A stretch of 64,000 nt of DNA from an uncultured virus (IMG/VR IMGVR_UViG_3300015371_000019) (lineage: Duplodnaviria > Heunggongvirae > Uroviricota > Caudoviricetes). Of this stretch, positions 9,214 through 18,553 are shown piece by piece (within the stretch, counting starts at the first letter, position 1; each line of letters begins with the position of its first letter). A program made the position numbers and the translations under genes. The notes under the pieces are model-generated. The model ran no database searches and was not told the DNA's origin. It saw nothing but the letters and a program-made list of their open reading frames with translations. The DNA lies in IMG/VR virus record IMGVR_UViG_3300015371_000019; one strand, written 5' to 3'.

Positions 9214-9713
9214 CCTAGTGCGGGGAAACGGCCCCGGGTGTACAGCTCGGTTGGGAACTTCTTGTTCACGATGTCCATGAAAGTAGCCCGACCGGTGACC
9301 TGGGCCGGAGTGATTTGAAGATCCTTGAGGTAGAGGACGAGCGGCGGGTTCATTTGCGGGATGGTTAAGTCGTCGCTCAGGTAGGGACGATAGATCACTT
9401 CGACGGTGACTTGTTCCGACTTGGCGGCATTCACGAAGTCGCTCACCTCCCGGCCCACATTGTCGATGGCAATGTTAAGGCTACGGAAGCCCTCCTCGTT
9501 CTCCGGGGGCAGGGTGAACTGGAAGCCCGCCGGCCGAAACGTCCGCTCGTTCCCGTCTTCGTCGAAGGCCACGATTTCCTTCTGGGCCCGGACCAAGTAG
9601 ATGGGATCCTGGACGGTGGGCTGACGGATCTCCAACGTGTCGTAAATCACCTTGCTGGTTGGAGCCACCGCGTAGGCTTCTTTGATCGCGTCCTCGAGTG
9701 ATGGATTTGGCAT
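9210..9713 (-). CDS. Tail tip protein (DUF1833-like, lambda L position)
   Basis: DTLEI, IAIDNV, YRPYLSDDL motifs; synteny. Confidence 0.75.
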   Translation of the reverse strand: MPNPSLEDAIKEAYAVAPTSKVIYDTLEIRQPTVQDPIYLVRAQKEIVAFDEDGNERTFRPAGFQFTLPPENEEGFRSLNIAIDNVGREVSDFVNAAKSEQVTVEVIYRPYLSDDLTIPQMNPPLVLYLKDLQITPAQVTGRATFMDIVNKKFPTELYTRGRFPALG

Positions 9714-9716
9714 AGG

Positions 9717-10139
9717 TTAGGGTTCCGTATCGTGCCACTCTTCGTCGTCGTCCCAATTGCCCTCATCATCCCAGACCCCGTGGGCTAGGATCCAGTTGGT
9801 GTCCGCTAGGATCTCCAAACTGGCCGTGACGTTGAAGAGGTTGTCCGTCCGGGTGAAGAAGTACTCCGGCTCTGCAAACACAACTTGGTGAAGCCCTCCC
9901 AACAGATACAGTACAAAGGGCAGGCTCCCGTTGGCTAGGTCACCCTCGAAGAAGTCCTTGAAATCGGAGAATTGATCTCCGACTAGGTTCCACTCCACAT
10001 CCCACACCTTCCTAGGCTTGAGATGTTGCCGGCGGCGGCGTATCCACCCACCTTCCATCTCGGTGACCTCCGACCTAGGATCGGCGTTCACTTGGGCACG
10101 CACAAGTGGCGAAGGAACGGTGTCCGGCCAAGGAGTCAT
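9717..10139 (-). CDS. Distal tail protein (lambda M/Dit-like), copy 2
   Basis: WP...MEGGWIRRRR...V.W.L...F..FF...L.NG pattern. Confidence 0.7.
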   Translation of the reverse strand: MTPWPDTVPSPLVRAQVNADPRSEVTEMEGGWIRRRRQHLKPRKVWDVEWNLVGDQFSDFKDFFEGDLANGSLPFVLYLLGGLHQVVFAEPEYFFTRTDNLFNVTASLEILADTNWILAHGVWDDEGNWDDDEEWHDTEP

Positions 10140-11626
10140 AATCTTAAGGCTACCTTCAATGCGAGGAGCAGCTTGTCAGGTTCAATGGGTTTGTGTAACA
10201 GTTCATCCGGGCGAGGATCCAACGTCTCGATGTCTAGTCCCGGCTGTCCCGTCACCATGATGATGGGCAAGTTGAACCGTTGGGCCCTCAACAATTGGGA
10301 GAGCTGCTGGCCGTCCATCATCGGCATGTCCAAGTCCGTGAGGAGGAGGTGGATCTTCTCCCCGGAGCGGAAGTAGGACAAGGCCTCCATCCCACCGTTG
10401 GCGATGAGGCACCGGTACTTCGCGTCCTCGAGGATGACCTCGACCAAATGGCGCATGTGTACTTCGTCGTCCACAAACAAAACAGTCTTGCCCTGCCCGT
10501 CGAAACGTTCCACCCTCTTCTTCCCGGCATCCACTCCCTCCCGGGTGGCGGGCAAGTACACGAAGAAGCTGGTCCCGGCTTCCCCCGTCTTGAAGTCGAT
10601 CTCTCCCTTGTGATCCAACACAATCTTCCGGGCAACGGAAAGTCCTACCCCGGTGCCTTTACCGAGATCCTTCGTGGTAAAGTAAGGCTCGAAGATCTTA
10701 GCAGCCACGGGCTCTGGAATGCCCGGCCCGGTGTCCCGGACGTGGAACATGACGTATTCGCCCACCAACGGAGGCTCGTTCAAATGGACATCCTGGGCGG
10801 TGACGTGGATCTCCCCGCCGCCCGGCATAGCGTCCCGGGCATTGACACATAGGTTCAGCAGCACCTGGTGGATTTGGGTCGGGTCACACTTCACAGAGGA
10901 AGTCCCGGGATGGGTAGTAGTGGACGGGCGGATGTTCTTCGGAAACCTATCCCGCATGACCTGTCCAATCTCGGTGAGGAGATACTCCGCCGTGACGGGA
11001 CGGGTCTTGAATCCGTTGGACCCGCGGACGAAGGCGGTGATTTGTTTCGACATCTCCGCCCCGTGGCGGCCGGCACCCTCCATTGCGCTGATCGTCTTCT
11101 CCATAGATTCTGGCAAGGAGGTCACGTGAAACTCGTCCATGATCAACTTCCGTAGGAGCGGAGGCCCAGTGAGGAACGGGCCGAGGACATTGTTCCAGTC
11201 GTGGATGATTCCGGTGACCGTATGGCCTAACAAGGCCGCCCGGTTCTCCCGCACATCTTCATCCTCTTTATCAGCCGTCTTACACACGTCCTCGATGGCG
11301 TCCGGTAGTCCTTCCATCCGGTCCTTGAGGAAGTATCGCCTCGCCCCGTAGGCACACGCCTTATTGGCGTCCTTATCATCCACAGAACCCGTCAAGATGA
11401 TGACGGGTGTCTGTGGAACGGTTTCCTTGGCTATTTTGATCGCCTCTTCCCCGGTGACGTCCGGTAGGTTGAGATCCATCAAGATGCAACTCCACCTCCG
11501 CTCACGAAGCAGCTGGAGGAACCGCATCTTATTAGGACAGACCTGAACCTTTGCGATGGCCTTGAGTTTATGGCCGACGATCTCGCCGTCGCGCGGGTTA
11601 TCCTCGAGGTAGAGTACTTCTCTCAT
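10136..11626 (-). CDS. Cytoplasmic hybrid histidine kinase (REC-HisKA-HATPase-REC)
   Basis: REC (LEDN, MDLNLP), H-box IIHDWNN, N-box NLCVNARDAM, G1 DTGPGI, F-box FEPYFTTK, G2 GTGVGL, second REC (VDDE, TDLDMP, KP). Confidence 0.95.
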   Translation of the reverse strand: MREVLYLEDNPRDGEIVGHKLKAIAKVQVCPNKMRFLQLLRERRWSCILMDLNLPDVTGEEAIKIAKETVPQTPVIILTGSVDDKDANKACAYGARRYFLKDRMEGLPDAIEDVCKTADKEDEDVRENRAALLGHTVTGIIHDWNNVLGPFLTGPPLLRKLIMDEFHVTSLPESMEKTISAMEGAGRHGAEMSKQITAFVRGSNGFKTRPVTAEYLLTEIGQVMRDRFPKNIRPSTTTHPGTSSVKCDPTQIHQVLLNLCVNARDAMPGGGEIHVTAQDVHLNEPPLVGEYVMFHVRDTGPGIPEPVAAKIFEPYFTTKDLGKGTGVGLSVARKIVLDHKGEIDFKTGEAGTSFFVYLPATREGVDAGKKRVERFDGQGKTVLFVDDEVHMRHLVEVILEDAKYRCLIANGGMEALSYFRSGEKIHLLLTDLDMPMMDGQQLSQLLRAQRFNLPIIMVTGQPGLDIETLDPRPDELLHKPIEPDKLLLALKVALRL

Positions 11627-11817
11627 TATTCAACCTTCCACTCCGGGCCGGCGAACATAGTTCCACCGGGACGGAGAGCTGCGATCCGATCGTCTAGCAC
11701 CTTCTGGTCAACGACGCTGATCTCACCCGCCGACACCATCTTCTGGATGATGGGTCCTAGGGCTTCGATGAGTCCCAGCGCCCCGTCCAACGCGGTCAAC
11801 GCTACTTTAGCTTCCAT
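11626..11817 (-). CDS. Hypothetical protein
   Basis: AGGAGG SD upstream; TAATG overlap with kinase start. Confidence 0.6.
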   Translation of the reverse strand: MEAKVALTALDGALGLIEALGPIIQKMVSAGEISVVDQKVLDDRIAALRPGGTMFAGPEWKVE

Positions 11818-11825
11818 GTTTCCTC

Positions 11826-12260
11826 CTAGGGTTGAGGTTTCACTGTCATCTCATACTTGGATAGATAGCCCAGGGCCTCACGGTTCCCTTGGCGGATCAG
11901 ATCCAGAGCCTTCAGCAAGTCCGTTTTGGCCTGCTCGTTAGGATTCGCTTTGTAGGCGTCCCGTAGTCGGATGGCGCTGGCAATCCAAGCTGGAGCACCC
12001 ACCCTCACGTTATCGGCCGCCTTCTTGATCTCCGGTGTACTAGCGAGTGCAGCCCGGTTGTCATACTCCCACTTCACGAACCGGTGCATCATCTCATAAC
12101 CTGTAGAGATGACCAGGTCCGCGTCGTAGAGGAACTTGTCCCCTTGGTACACTCCTTCCGGAGCCAGGGTCCCACAACCACCTGTACAACCTCCTACGAG
12201 GGCGACCATTAGTAAGGCCGCCACCGTCGATGCTCTCCAACTGTTCATTAGCTTGCTCAT
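11826..12260 (-). CDS. Putative lipoprotein
   Basis: Hydrophobic signal ending in lipobox-like VGGC/TGGC. Confidence 0.6.
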   Translation of the reverse strand: MSKLMNSWRASTVAALLMVALVGGCTGGCGTLAPEGVYQGDKFLYDADLVISTGYEMMHRFVKWEYDNRAALASTPEIKKAADNVRVGAPAWIASAIRLRDAYKANPNEQAKTDLLKALDLIRQGNREALGYLSKYEMTVKPQP

Positions 12261-12598
12261 TGTTTTTTTCCTTTCTCTAGTTCCTGTCGGATCCACTCCT
12301 CCTGAGTGTGTCCTTTTGTTTCTTCCTCCTCGATCTTCCTCCTCCTCTTCCCTACCCGGTCGTCCAACAAGGCACCCAACGAAACCAACCCGACGATCAT
12401 GGACTTGATCCAGGGTCGGACATAGTCGTAAGTCACCGGGTTCCTCTTCTCTGACAAGACAACCTGGCTCTCGTCAAACGTCGTGAAGTAGGAGGTGAAG
12501 AACACAATGAAACCGACCACATAGACACCGCTCATGTAACGGTTCTTGTATTGCAACCGCCTGGCACTTGCTTTCACCCACTGAGTCGTGTTGCTCAT
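12257..12598 (-). CDS. Two-TM membrane protein (holin candidate)
   Basis: Two hydrophobic segments, highly charged C-terminal tail. Confidence 0.45.
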   Translation of the reverse strand: MSNTTQWVKASARRLQYKNRYMSGVYVVGFIVFFTSYFTTFDESQVVLSEKRNPVTYDYVRPWIKSMIVGLVSLGALLDDRVGKRRRKIEEEETKGHTQEEWIRQELEKGKKQ

Positions 12599-12644
12599 GC
12601 TTGGTTATCCTATCCGCTCGCCTGTTTGGCCCGCTAGGTTAATT

Positions 12645-13745
12645 TTAGAAACACGGATACCTACTGTTCAGGTAGTTCTCGACTAGCACGATCTCCGCAT
12701 CCTCCAACGCCCGGTTGTACACGAGGACGGCCCCGAGGGTCCCTTGCCAATTCACCCCTTTGACGGATCCCAGCTTCGCCTCCGGGCTGTAGTCAAAGTA
12801 TCCGTCGAGGTTGGGGGCGCCCGCTTCCCCTTGGTAGCGGTAAGACAACGCCACGTCCACCTCGAACCGGCACACAAACAACCTCGGCCCTACCGGATAG
12901 ACGAGCGGGAAGGTGACGAGTTGGGACCCGCCTTGAAGTTCTTTGGACAACGAGAAGGCCCCGGTCGAGTCCGTTTTGAGGAAGCCGGGCAAGTAGTGGA
13001 GGGCATTCCCCCTCGCATCGTTGAAATGGAACCCGGCCTTACCCGCCGTCCTCCAGTTAATCGGGCCGGCGAACACTCCCGCCTGTGCGGGTATGGAACA
13101 AACGACGAACAACGTCACGCTCGGTACATCCACCGGGCAGGTGATGTCCATTTCGTCATCTACCCCGTCGAACACAACACCGGGGCTGGACCCAAAGGCG
13201 TTCGCTTGGTAGGCCGGGGCGGAGCCGGCCGTGGGAGAAGCTACAGCGTGATGTTCCCACCCGCTCACATCCCTCCAGAAGTCCACCGGGCTAGTCCCGT
13301 CCAAGTTCAAGGCTTCAAAGCAAGCGATCAGCCCGTCCGTCACCGGACACTCGGTCGTCGCCGCCTCCGGGATCTGAACCGGGCCGATGAGATCCAAAGA
13401 GGCTTGGACTAGCCAGGTTCCCTCCTCGTTGGAGGTCGTGTAACCTTCGTCGAACCGGACCGCCCACTCTTTGAGGGAGGTGTTCTCCGGGTAGCGGAGT
13501 TCAATCTTGAACTGGGCGATCCCGTTGTCGAGCTCCTCCGCGAAGAACGTTTCAAAGGCCTCCATCTGGTCGTCGGTGAGGCACCACGAGACTGACAAGG
13601 CGGAGTAGGTGCGTTCAAACCGGGATCGCCGGGTGATGTAGGCAGCGTCCCGTTTGCTGACGAGGGTTGTGTTCCGCGGGACGCCGTTGTAGTTCACCTT
13701 CGGCAACGGTAAGTCGGGCCACGTCGTCTCGAGTGCTAGCTCCAT
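12645..13745 (-). CDS. Distal tail protein (Dit-like) copy 1, fused to LamG/ConA-like domain
   Basis: N-terminus resembles 9717-10139; C-terminus W.D.SG...HA, FDGVDD, VYNRAL...E.YL..RY; directly after tape measure. Confidence 0.7.
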   Translation of the reverse strand: MELALETTWPDLPLPKVNYNGVPRNTTLVSKRDAAYITRRSRFERTYSALSVSWCLTDDQMEAFETFFAEELDNGIAQFKIELRYPENTSLKEWAVRFDEGYTTSNEEGTWLVQASLDLIGPVQIPEAATTECPVTDGLIACFEALNLDGTSPVDFWRDVSGWEHHAVASPTAGSAPAYQANAFGSSPGVVFDGVDDEMDITCPVDVPSVTLFVVCSIPAQAGVFAGPINWRTAGKAGFHFNDARGNALHYLPGFLKTDSTGAFSLSKELQGGSQLVTFPLVYPVGPRLFVCRFEVDVALSYRYQGEAGAPNLDGYFDYSPEAKLGSVKGVNWQGTLGAVLVYNRALEDAEIVLVENYLNSRYPCF

Positions 13746-13836
13746 AAACACCTCCGTCTTAAAGCCGAACCCCTACCGGGGCCTTCGGTCCGCCTTCCGG
13801 CCCGATCGCCGGCGACAACGCAAAAGACACGCGGTG

Positions 13837-16527
13837 TCATTTGCCCCTCCGGAGACTGTACGAGGATTCAAGAGCCCGGGACACTTCTCCACGGCCGTCC
13901 CGGACTTCGGAGGCCATTTCGCTCTTGAGCCGTTTGAGGACGATCTCGATGACCTTTTCCGATCCCTCCTGACGCTCGGTGACGGAAGCCTTAGCGTCGG
14001 TGTAATTGTTGATGACGACCCTTACATTCCCTCCTACCCGGTCGTTGGGTAGGATGGTTCCGTTGGATGCCGGGGAGAAGACTTCCGGCCCCTTCTCTCC
14101 CACCATGTAGGCTTTACCGGCCGACACGCCTCCACCGAACTCCCGGTTGCCGCTGATCGCCAGTTGGACGGACTGGATCGTAGTAATGATGTTGGCCGCG
14201 GCCGCAACGACGGAGGCCGCCGCGACGAGGTTGGCCGGCCACGGGAGCGAGAGGGCGTTCGCTACTCCTTGGGCAATCTTCACCGTGGCGTCCGCAACCG
14301 CAAACGCCTTCGACGCTGCAAACATGGCCATGTAGGCCTTGGACTGTTCGCCGGCAAAACCCTTGACAGCTTGGGCGAGACTATCGAACATGTTCTGCCC
14401 CGCTTGGAGAACCATTTGGGCTTCGGCATACTGGAGCGCCCGCAGCCGGGCGTTGTGGGCTTTGATAGCCTCCTCCTTCAGCTTCATGAACTGTTCGTTC
14501 TGCTCCAATTCCTTGTTCCCCATTTCCTCGAGGATGGCGAGCCGGTTCTCCGCGTCCTCCTTTTCCTGTCGTAGGCTCATCAAAGCATTGACGTGGAGGT
14601 CGTCGCCCATCACCGTCTTAGGGAGGGTGGGACGGGCCAACCCTTGCAGGGTTTCGGCGGACACTCCCGCTCCGTATAAGGCCTTGGCTCCCTCCGCATC
14701 GATGCCCATACGGTTGAGCGGACTTTGGGCCCCGGTCACTTTCTGCATAGCCTCCATTTGGGCGAGGTAGATCTTCATCTTCTCGGACGCTTCCACATAG
14801 GCTTTCCCGGTGCCACTCAAAGCTGCGGCCATCTTCTCCTCGTGCTCGATGCCCTTGAGGTAGGCCTCGTCGTAAGCATCCGCCATCTGCTGGACGACCG
14901 GAAAGATCTTCGGGACCTCTTCCAACCACGGCTTCACTAGGTCGTTGATCACCCCGGCCTTGAGCTGGCCAAATTGCTTGATCGCATTGTCAAAGGCTTC
15001 CGGGGACATCCCAAGGGAGACGTCGCCCAGCATCGGGATCTTCTTACTGAAGTCCGGAGCCGTCGGTCCGCCGAGGGCGGAGCCAAGCGGGTTGACAAAC
15101 CTCTGGAGGGTGTTCAGCTTGTCCCCGAACTTCTGCAGTAGTTGGTTCACCCCGGCTATCACGGTGTTCACTCCCGTGAGGAAGGAGTTGATGATCTCCT
15201 GCAATACAGTCGTTACTTTCTGGAACACCACCAATGAAGTCTCCGCAATCGACCAGAAGGCTAGTTCCACCACCTTGATCCCGGTGCGCAGATACTTGAA
15301 CGCCTCCACCGCCGCCTTAATTGCGACTACGATCGTAGTCCCCAAGTAACCTGCCATCTCCTTGAGGGCCGACACGAACGACGGGTCGGCCGAGATCTCC
15401 TTCAAGTAGGCGTTGAGCTGGAGTAGGGCCGGGGCCAGCGCCTCCCCGATGGCGATGAATAGGGCCCGGATGTTATTGACGGTGATGGTGAGTTGAGCGG
15501 AGAAGGCTTGGAGCTGCTTGCCCGCCACCTCGTCCGTAGTTCCGCCCGCCTTCCTCAACTCCCGCTCGTAGATACGGATCTGCTCCGACGTTCCCATGAG
15601 GGCGAGGATGTTGGAGAGGGATCGGTCCTGGAAGCCCAGTAGCTCAAAGGCCAACCTCTTCTGCTGGACGGAGGCCCCGGCCAGGGACTTGTCAAAGTCC
15701 TCCACGATGTCGGCCATGTTCCGCATGTTCCCGGAGGCATCATAAATGTTGATGCCCATGTCGTGGAATACTTGTTTGTTCTCTATGGCAGTCCGTTGTA
15801 GGTCCCGGAGCACGATCGCTAGGGCCTCGCCAGCCTCTTCCCCTTTGGTGCCCTGATCGGCGAAGACGGCCAACACCGCCGCCCCCTCCTCCACGTCCTT
15901 CTTCGCAGCCCGCAAGGCCGCGGCCGCCCGGTTGGTGAGGGCCGCGCTGAACTGTTCCACCGACGCATTGGCGAGGATGTTCGCTTTGGTCAGCACGTCG
16001 GATACCCTGGTCAAGTTCTTTATGTTCTCGATGGGATCCTTCGACCGCAGGCCTAAGGCGGAAAGGGCATCGGCGAGTAAGTCGGTCGCCCGGGCCATTT
16101 CAAAGTTGCCGGCCGTGGCGAACTTGGCGAGGACCGGGAGAGCCGACATTGCCTCCTCCGCATTGAACCCGGCGGAAGCGAGGAAGAAGTAGGCGTGGGC
16201 AAGATCCTCCGCCGACTTCACACCCTCCTTGGATAGGGCGATTGCCGTATCCTTCATCTGCTTCTGTAGGCCCTCGTTCAAGTCACCCATGATGGAGAAG
16301 GCCTCCGTCATGGCCTTATCGAACTTGGCAAACTCCCGCACCGCTGCGGCTCCTATCAACGAGAGGGCCCCGGTGACGCCGGCGGCGAGGACACCCGCCT
16401 GTTTGAGCATGACTGTACTGCTCGCCTTCAGGGTCCCTTCCGCCGTCCGCATCCCGGTGACGAGACGGAGGGAGTCCGCCGTGAGGTTGACGTACAGCGT
16501 TCCTAAGAATCCAGCACCTTCAAACAT
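13837..16527 (-). CDS. Tail tape measure protein (TP901-type)
   Basis: 896 aa Ala-rich helical; LASAGF, GTKGEEAG, VGEKGPEVF motifs. Confidence 0.95.
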   Translation of the reverse strand: MFEGAGFLGTLYVNLTADSLRLVTGMRTAEGTLKASSTVMLKQAGVLAAGVTGALSLIGAAAVREFAKFDKAMTEAFSIMGDLNEGLQKQMKDTAIALSKEGVKSAEDLAHAYFFLASAGFNAEEAMSALPVLAKFATAGNFEMARATDLLADALSALGLRSKDPIENIKNLTRVSDVLTKANILANASVEQFSAALTNRAAAALRAAKKDVEEGAAVLAVFADQGTKGEEAGEALAIVLRDLQRTAIENKQVFHDMGINIYDASGNMRNMADIVEDFDKSLAGASVQQKRLAFELLGFQDRSLSNILALMGTSEQIRIYERELRKAGGTTDEVAGKQLQAFSAQLTITVNNIRALFIAIGEALAPALLQLNAYLKEISADPSFVSALKEMAGYLGTTIVVAIKAAVEAFKYLRTGIKVVELAFWSIAETSLVVFQKVTTVLQEIINSFLTGVNTVIAGVNQLLQKFGDKLNTLQRFVNPLGSALGGPTAPDFSKKIPMLGDVSLGMSPEAFDNAIKQFGQLKAGVINDLVKPWLEEVPKIFPVVQQMADAYDEAYLKGIEHEEKMAAALSGTGKAYVEASEKMKIYLAQMEAMQKVTGAQSPLNRMGIDAEGAKALYGAGVSAETLQGLARPTLPKTVMGDDLHVNALMSLRQEKEDAENRLAILEEMGNKELEQNEQFMKLKEEAIKAHNARLRALQYAEAQMVLQAGQNMFDSLAQAVKGFAGEQSKAYMAMFAASKAFAVADATVKIAQGVANALSLPWPANLVAAASVVAAAANIITTIQSVQLAISGNREFGGGVSAGKAYMVGEKGPEVFSPASNGTILPNDRVGGNVRVVINNYTDAKASVTERQEGSEKVIEIVLKRLKSEMASEVRDGRGEVSRALESSYSLRRGK

Positions 16528-16530
16528 AGG

Positions 16531-16866
16531 TTAGTTTTGTTCCAGGTTAATTCTAAGTGCAGACGCCCAAGCCTTCTTGGAGGCCATACATCTATCCTCG
16601 GCACCCGCCGGGACCTCTTTCCACTCGAACAAGAAATCCTGAACCTTGATTCGAGCAGGGCTCTTAACATTGGCCCGGCGGATCTCCGCGGCGATCTGAG
16701 CCAAATAGTGGTCAGCCTTTGCATGATGTTTGTGATCCCATTCAAGGAACTCTAACCACTCTAAGAACTCGGTATAGGTCACCCGGCCTTTCAACTCCTC
16801 GACCGGGACGCCCAGGTGAGAGGCGACCTTATACCAATTCAACCTCTCACCTGTCAGTCTTTTGGG
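16531..16866 (-). CDS. Tail assembly chaperone GT extension (-1 frameshift product)
   Basis: -1 frame open from slippery site CCCAAAA to just before the tape measure. Confidence 0.8.
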   Translation of the reverse strand, partial: PKRLTGERLNWYKVASHLGVPVEELKGRVTYTEFLEWLEFLEWDHKHHAKADHYLAQIAAEIRRANVKSPARIKVQDFLFEWKEVPAGAEDRCMASKKAWASALRINLEQN

Positions 16867-17222
16867 GGCGCCTCGACCTTCCCCTCGGCAGCGACGTTCA
16901 GGTGGTTCATCTCCTGAGCGGCCTTGTAGAGATCCGACACAACGGAGGCTGGCCAACCTTGGATCTCTGCGGTGATGACAGCCTTCCCGCCTTCCTTGTG
17001 GAAGAGACAGGCGGCCAGGAGCTCGGCTTGCATCCCGTCGAACTTCTTGATGCCGGCCGGCTTCCCGGCGTTGTCGAACCGCATCCGAGAAGACAACCGG
17101 TCGAGGTAAGAGTCGCGGGCGGATGCTGTCATCTCCCGCAACTCTAGCTCCACCACCGTCCCGTCCGCTTCCAAGGTGACGGGCACCGCATTCGACTTGA
17201 GCGTGAACTTCAATGCATTCAT
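16854..17222 (-). CDS. Tail assembly chaperone (G-like)
   Basis: Between tail tube and tape measure; ends at slippery heptamer. Confidence 0.8.
   Translation of the reverse strand: MNALKFTLKSNAVPVTLEADGTVVELELREMTASARDSYLDRLSSRMRFDNAGKPAGIKKFDGMQAELLAACLFHKEGGKAVITAEIQGWPASVVSDLYKAAQEMNHLNVAAEGKVEAPPKD
16860..16866 (-). other. Programmed -1 ribosomal frameshift site C CCA AAA
   Basis: X XXY YYZ heptamer in the correct phase, one codon before TGA. Confidence 0.85.
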
Positions 17223-17245
17223 GGGTACTACTCAGTTGCTGCGCT

Positions 17246-17695
17246 TTAGGTCGTGCTGGTTTGGGGATCAAACACCGGGTCCGTTGTCGCTCCCGTAGTA
17301 GGGTGAACGAGGCTCGGCTGAACCGTGAGTGTGGCCGTCGGTTGCTCGCCTTCGGTGAAGGCCGCCGGGGTGAACTCCTCAACCCACCCGTAGAACTGGA
17401 TGGTCGAGCCGTCCGGGAACGTCACGGTGATGAGCTGATTGATTCCCACCTGGGCGATCATTTGCGGGATCACGTCGGCAGCGAACGCTACGGTGGCGGA
17501 AACGGGCGACAAACTCTTGAGCTGACGGGGAGCGTTCGTCCTCCACGTCACCGTCCGCATGGTTGTGGTTTCGATCGGGCCGCCGGAGGTGATTCCAGGC
17601 GGTGTGACCTCCTTCTCGTACAACTTCGCCGTCGGGAGGTTTTCCAGTGTAATGATGGTTGAAAACCCATCATCCATTCTTATGTGGCTAGGCAT
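17246..17695 (-). CDS. Major tail tube protein
   Basis: T-rich beta protein, ITVTFPDGS..F.G; synteny. Confidence 0.8.
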   Translation of the reverse strand: MPSHIRMDDGFSTIITLENLPTAKLYEKEVTPPGITSGGPIETTTMRTVTWRTNAPRQLKSLSPVSATVAFAADVIPQMIAQVGINQLITVTFPDGSTIQFYGWVEEFTPAAFTEGEQPTATLTVQPSLVHPTTGATTDPVFDPQTSTT

Positions 17696-17711
17696 AGTAG
17701 TTTGGTTCCTT

Positions 17712-18140
17712 TCATGTTTGCTGCGAAATGGTGACCGTCATGTTCGCCGCAAAGTTGTGCAGCCGTCTGTTGCCGATTTCGTCGATTCCCATTGGTAGTA
17801 TTGCGCCACTTCGTGACACACTATGGACAGTATAGGCTTCCAAGTCCGGGAACACAACGGAAAGTTTTTTGACCACATCCAACCCGCGGACAATCTCGGT
17901 GATCTTACTCCACACCGCCGGGTAGGACTTGCCGCGGACCCGGACTTGGATGCCGGGATGTTCAATCGCTTCCCCGGTCGCCATGATCCGGCCGTCCATC
18001 ACTCCCGCCGTATCGTAGGCGCATATCGCCTCGTCAGGGACGTCCGGGAAGAAGCCTACGAACACCGGCCAACCTTCGGAGGTGTCCGCTAGGTTGAGGT
18101 TCATCAACAATAGGCGCATCACGTCGGCTGGTGATTTCAT
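17712..18140 (-). CDS. Tail terminator / minor capsid family protein
   Basis: PDVPD.AI..YDT.G, PGIQVRVRG, D...R..F..N. Confidence 0.7.
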   Translation of the reverse strand: MKSPADVMRLLLMNLNLADTSEGWPVFVGFFPDVPDEAICAYDTAGVMDGRIMATGEAIEHPGIQVRVRGKSYPAVWSKITEIVRGLDVVKKLSVVFPDLEAYTVHSVSRSGAILPMGIDEIGNRRLHNFAANMTVTISQQT

Positions 18141-18553
18141 TTGATCTTAGTGTTGTCCACAATGATCTGCCGTAACGTAGTCCGTAGGCGCCGGGCTGGC
18201 TCCTCGAGGAACTTAGCCTGGCCCCGGCCTTGCGGGTCCCAATATTGGCCTTTGTGAGGATGCGGACGGGGCTGGCCTTTGAGTTTCATCTCCACACTCT
18301 CGTGGACGTAAATAGCGTAGGAGGCCGTGTAGCCGACGTTCACCTCGGTGTTATATCCCCGGCCGGTGGCCCGGGTGAAGGCCGAGGCCTTGAGCACCCC
18401 AAAATCCACCGGGACTAGTCGTTGGCTTTCCTTCTGCAAGGTCAAGCCGGCGAGCTTCACCCCGCGGGCGAAGCCGGCAGCTAGGGCATTGTTCTTCCTC
18501 CGCAGGGTCGCGAGGACTTGCTCAATGCCCGTAATTGCTCGGATGTCAGCCAT
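18137..18553 (-). CDS. Neck/tail-completion protein (HK97 gp10-like)
   Basis: VPVDFGVLKAS, YAIYVHE, AKFLE. Confidence 0.8.
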   Translation of the reverse strand: MADIRAITGIEQVLATLRRKNNALAAGFARGVKLAGLTLQKESQRLVPVDFGVLKASAFTRATGRGYNTEVNVGYTASYAIYVHESVEMKLKGQPRPHPHKGQYWDPQGRGQAKFLEEPARRLRTTLRQIIVDNTKIK

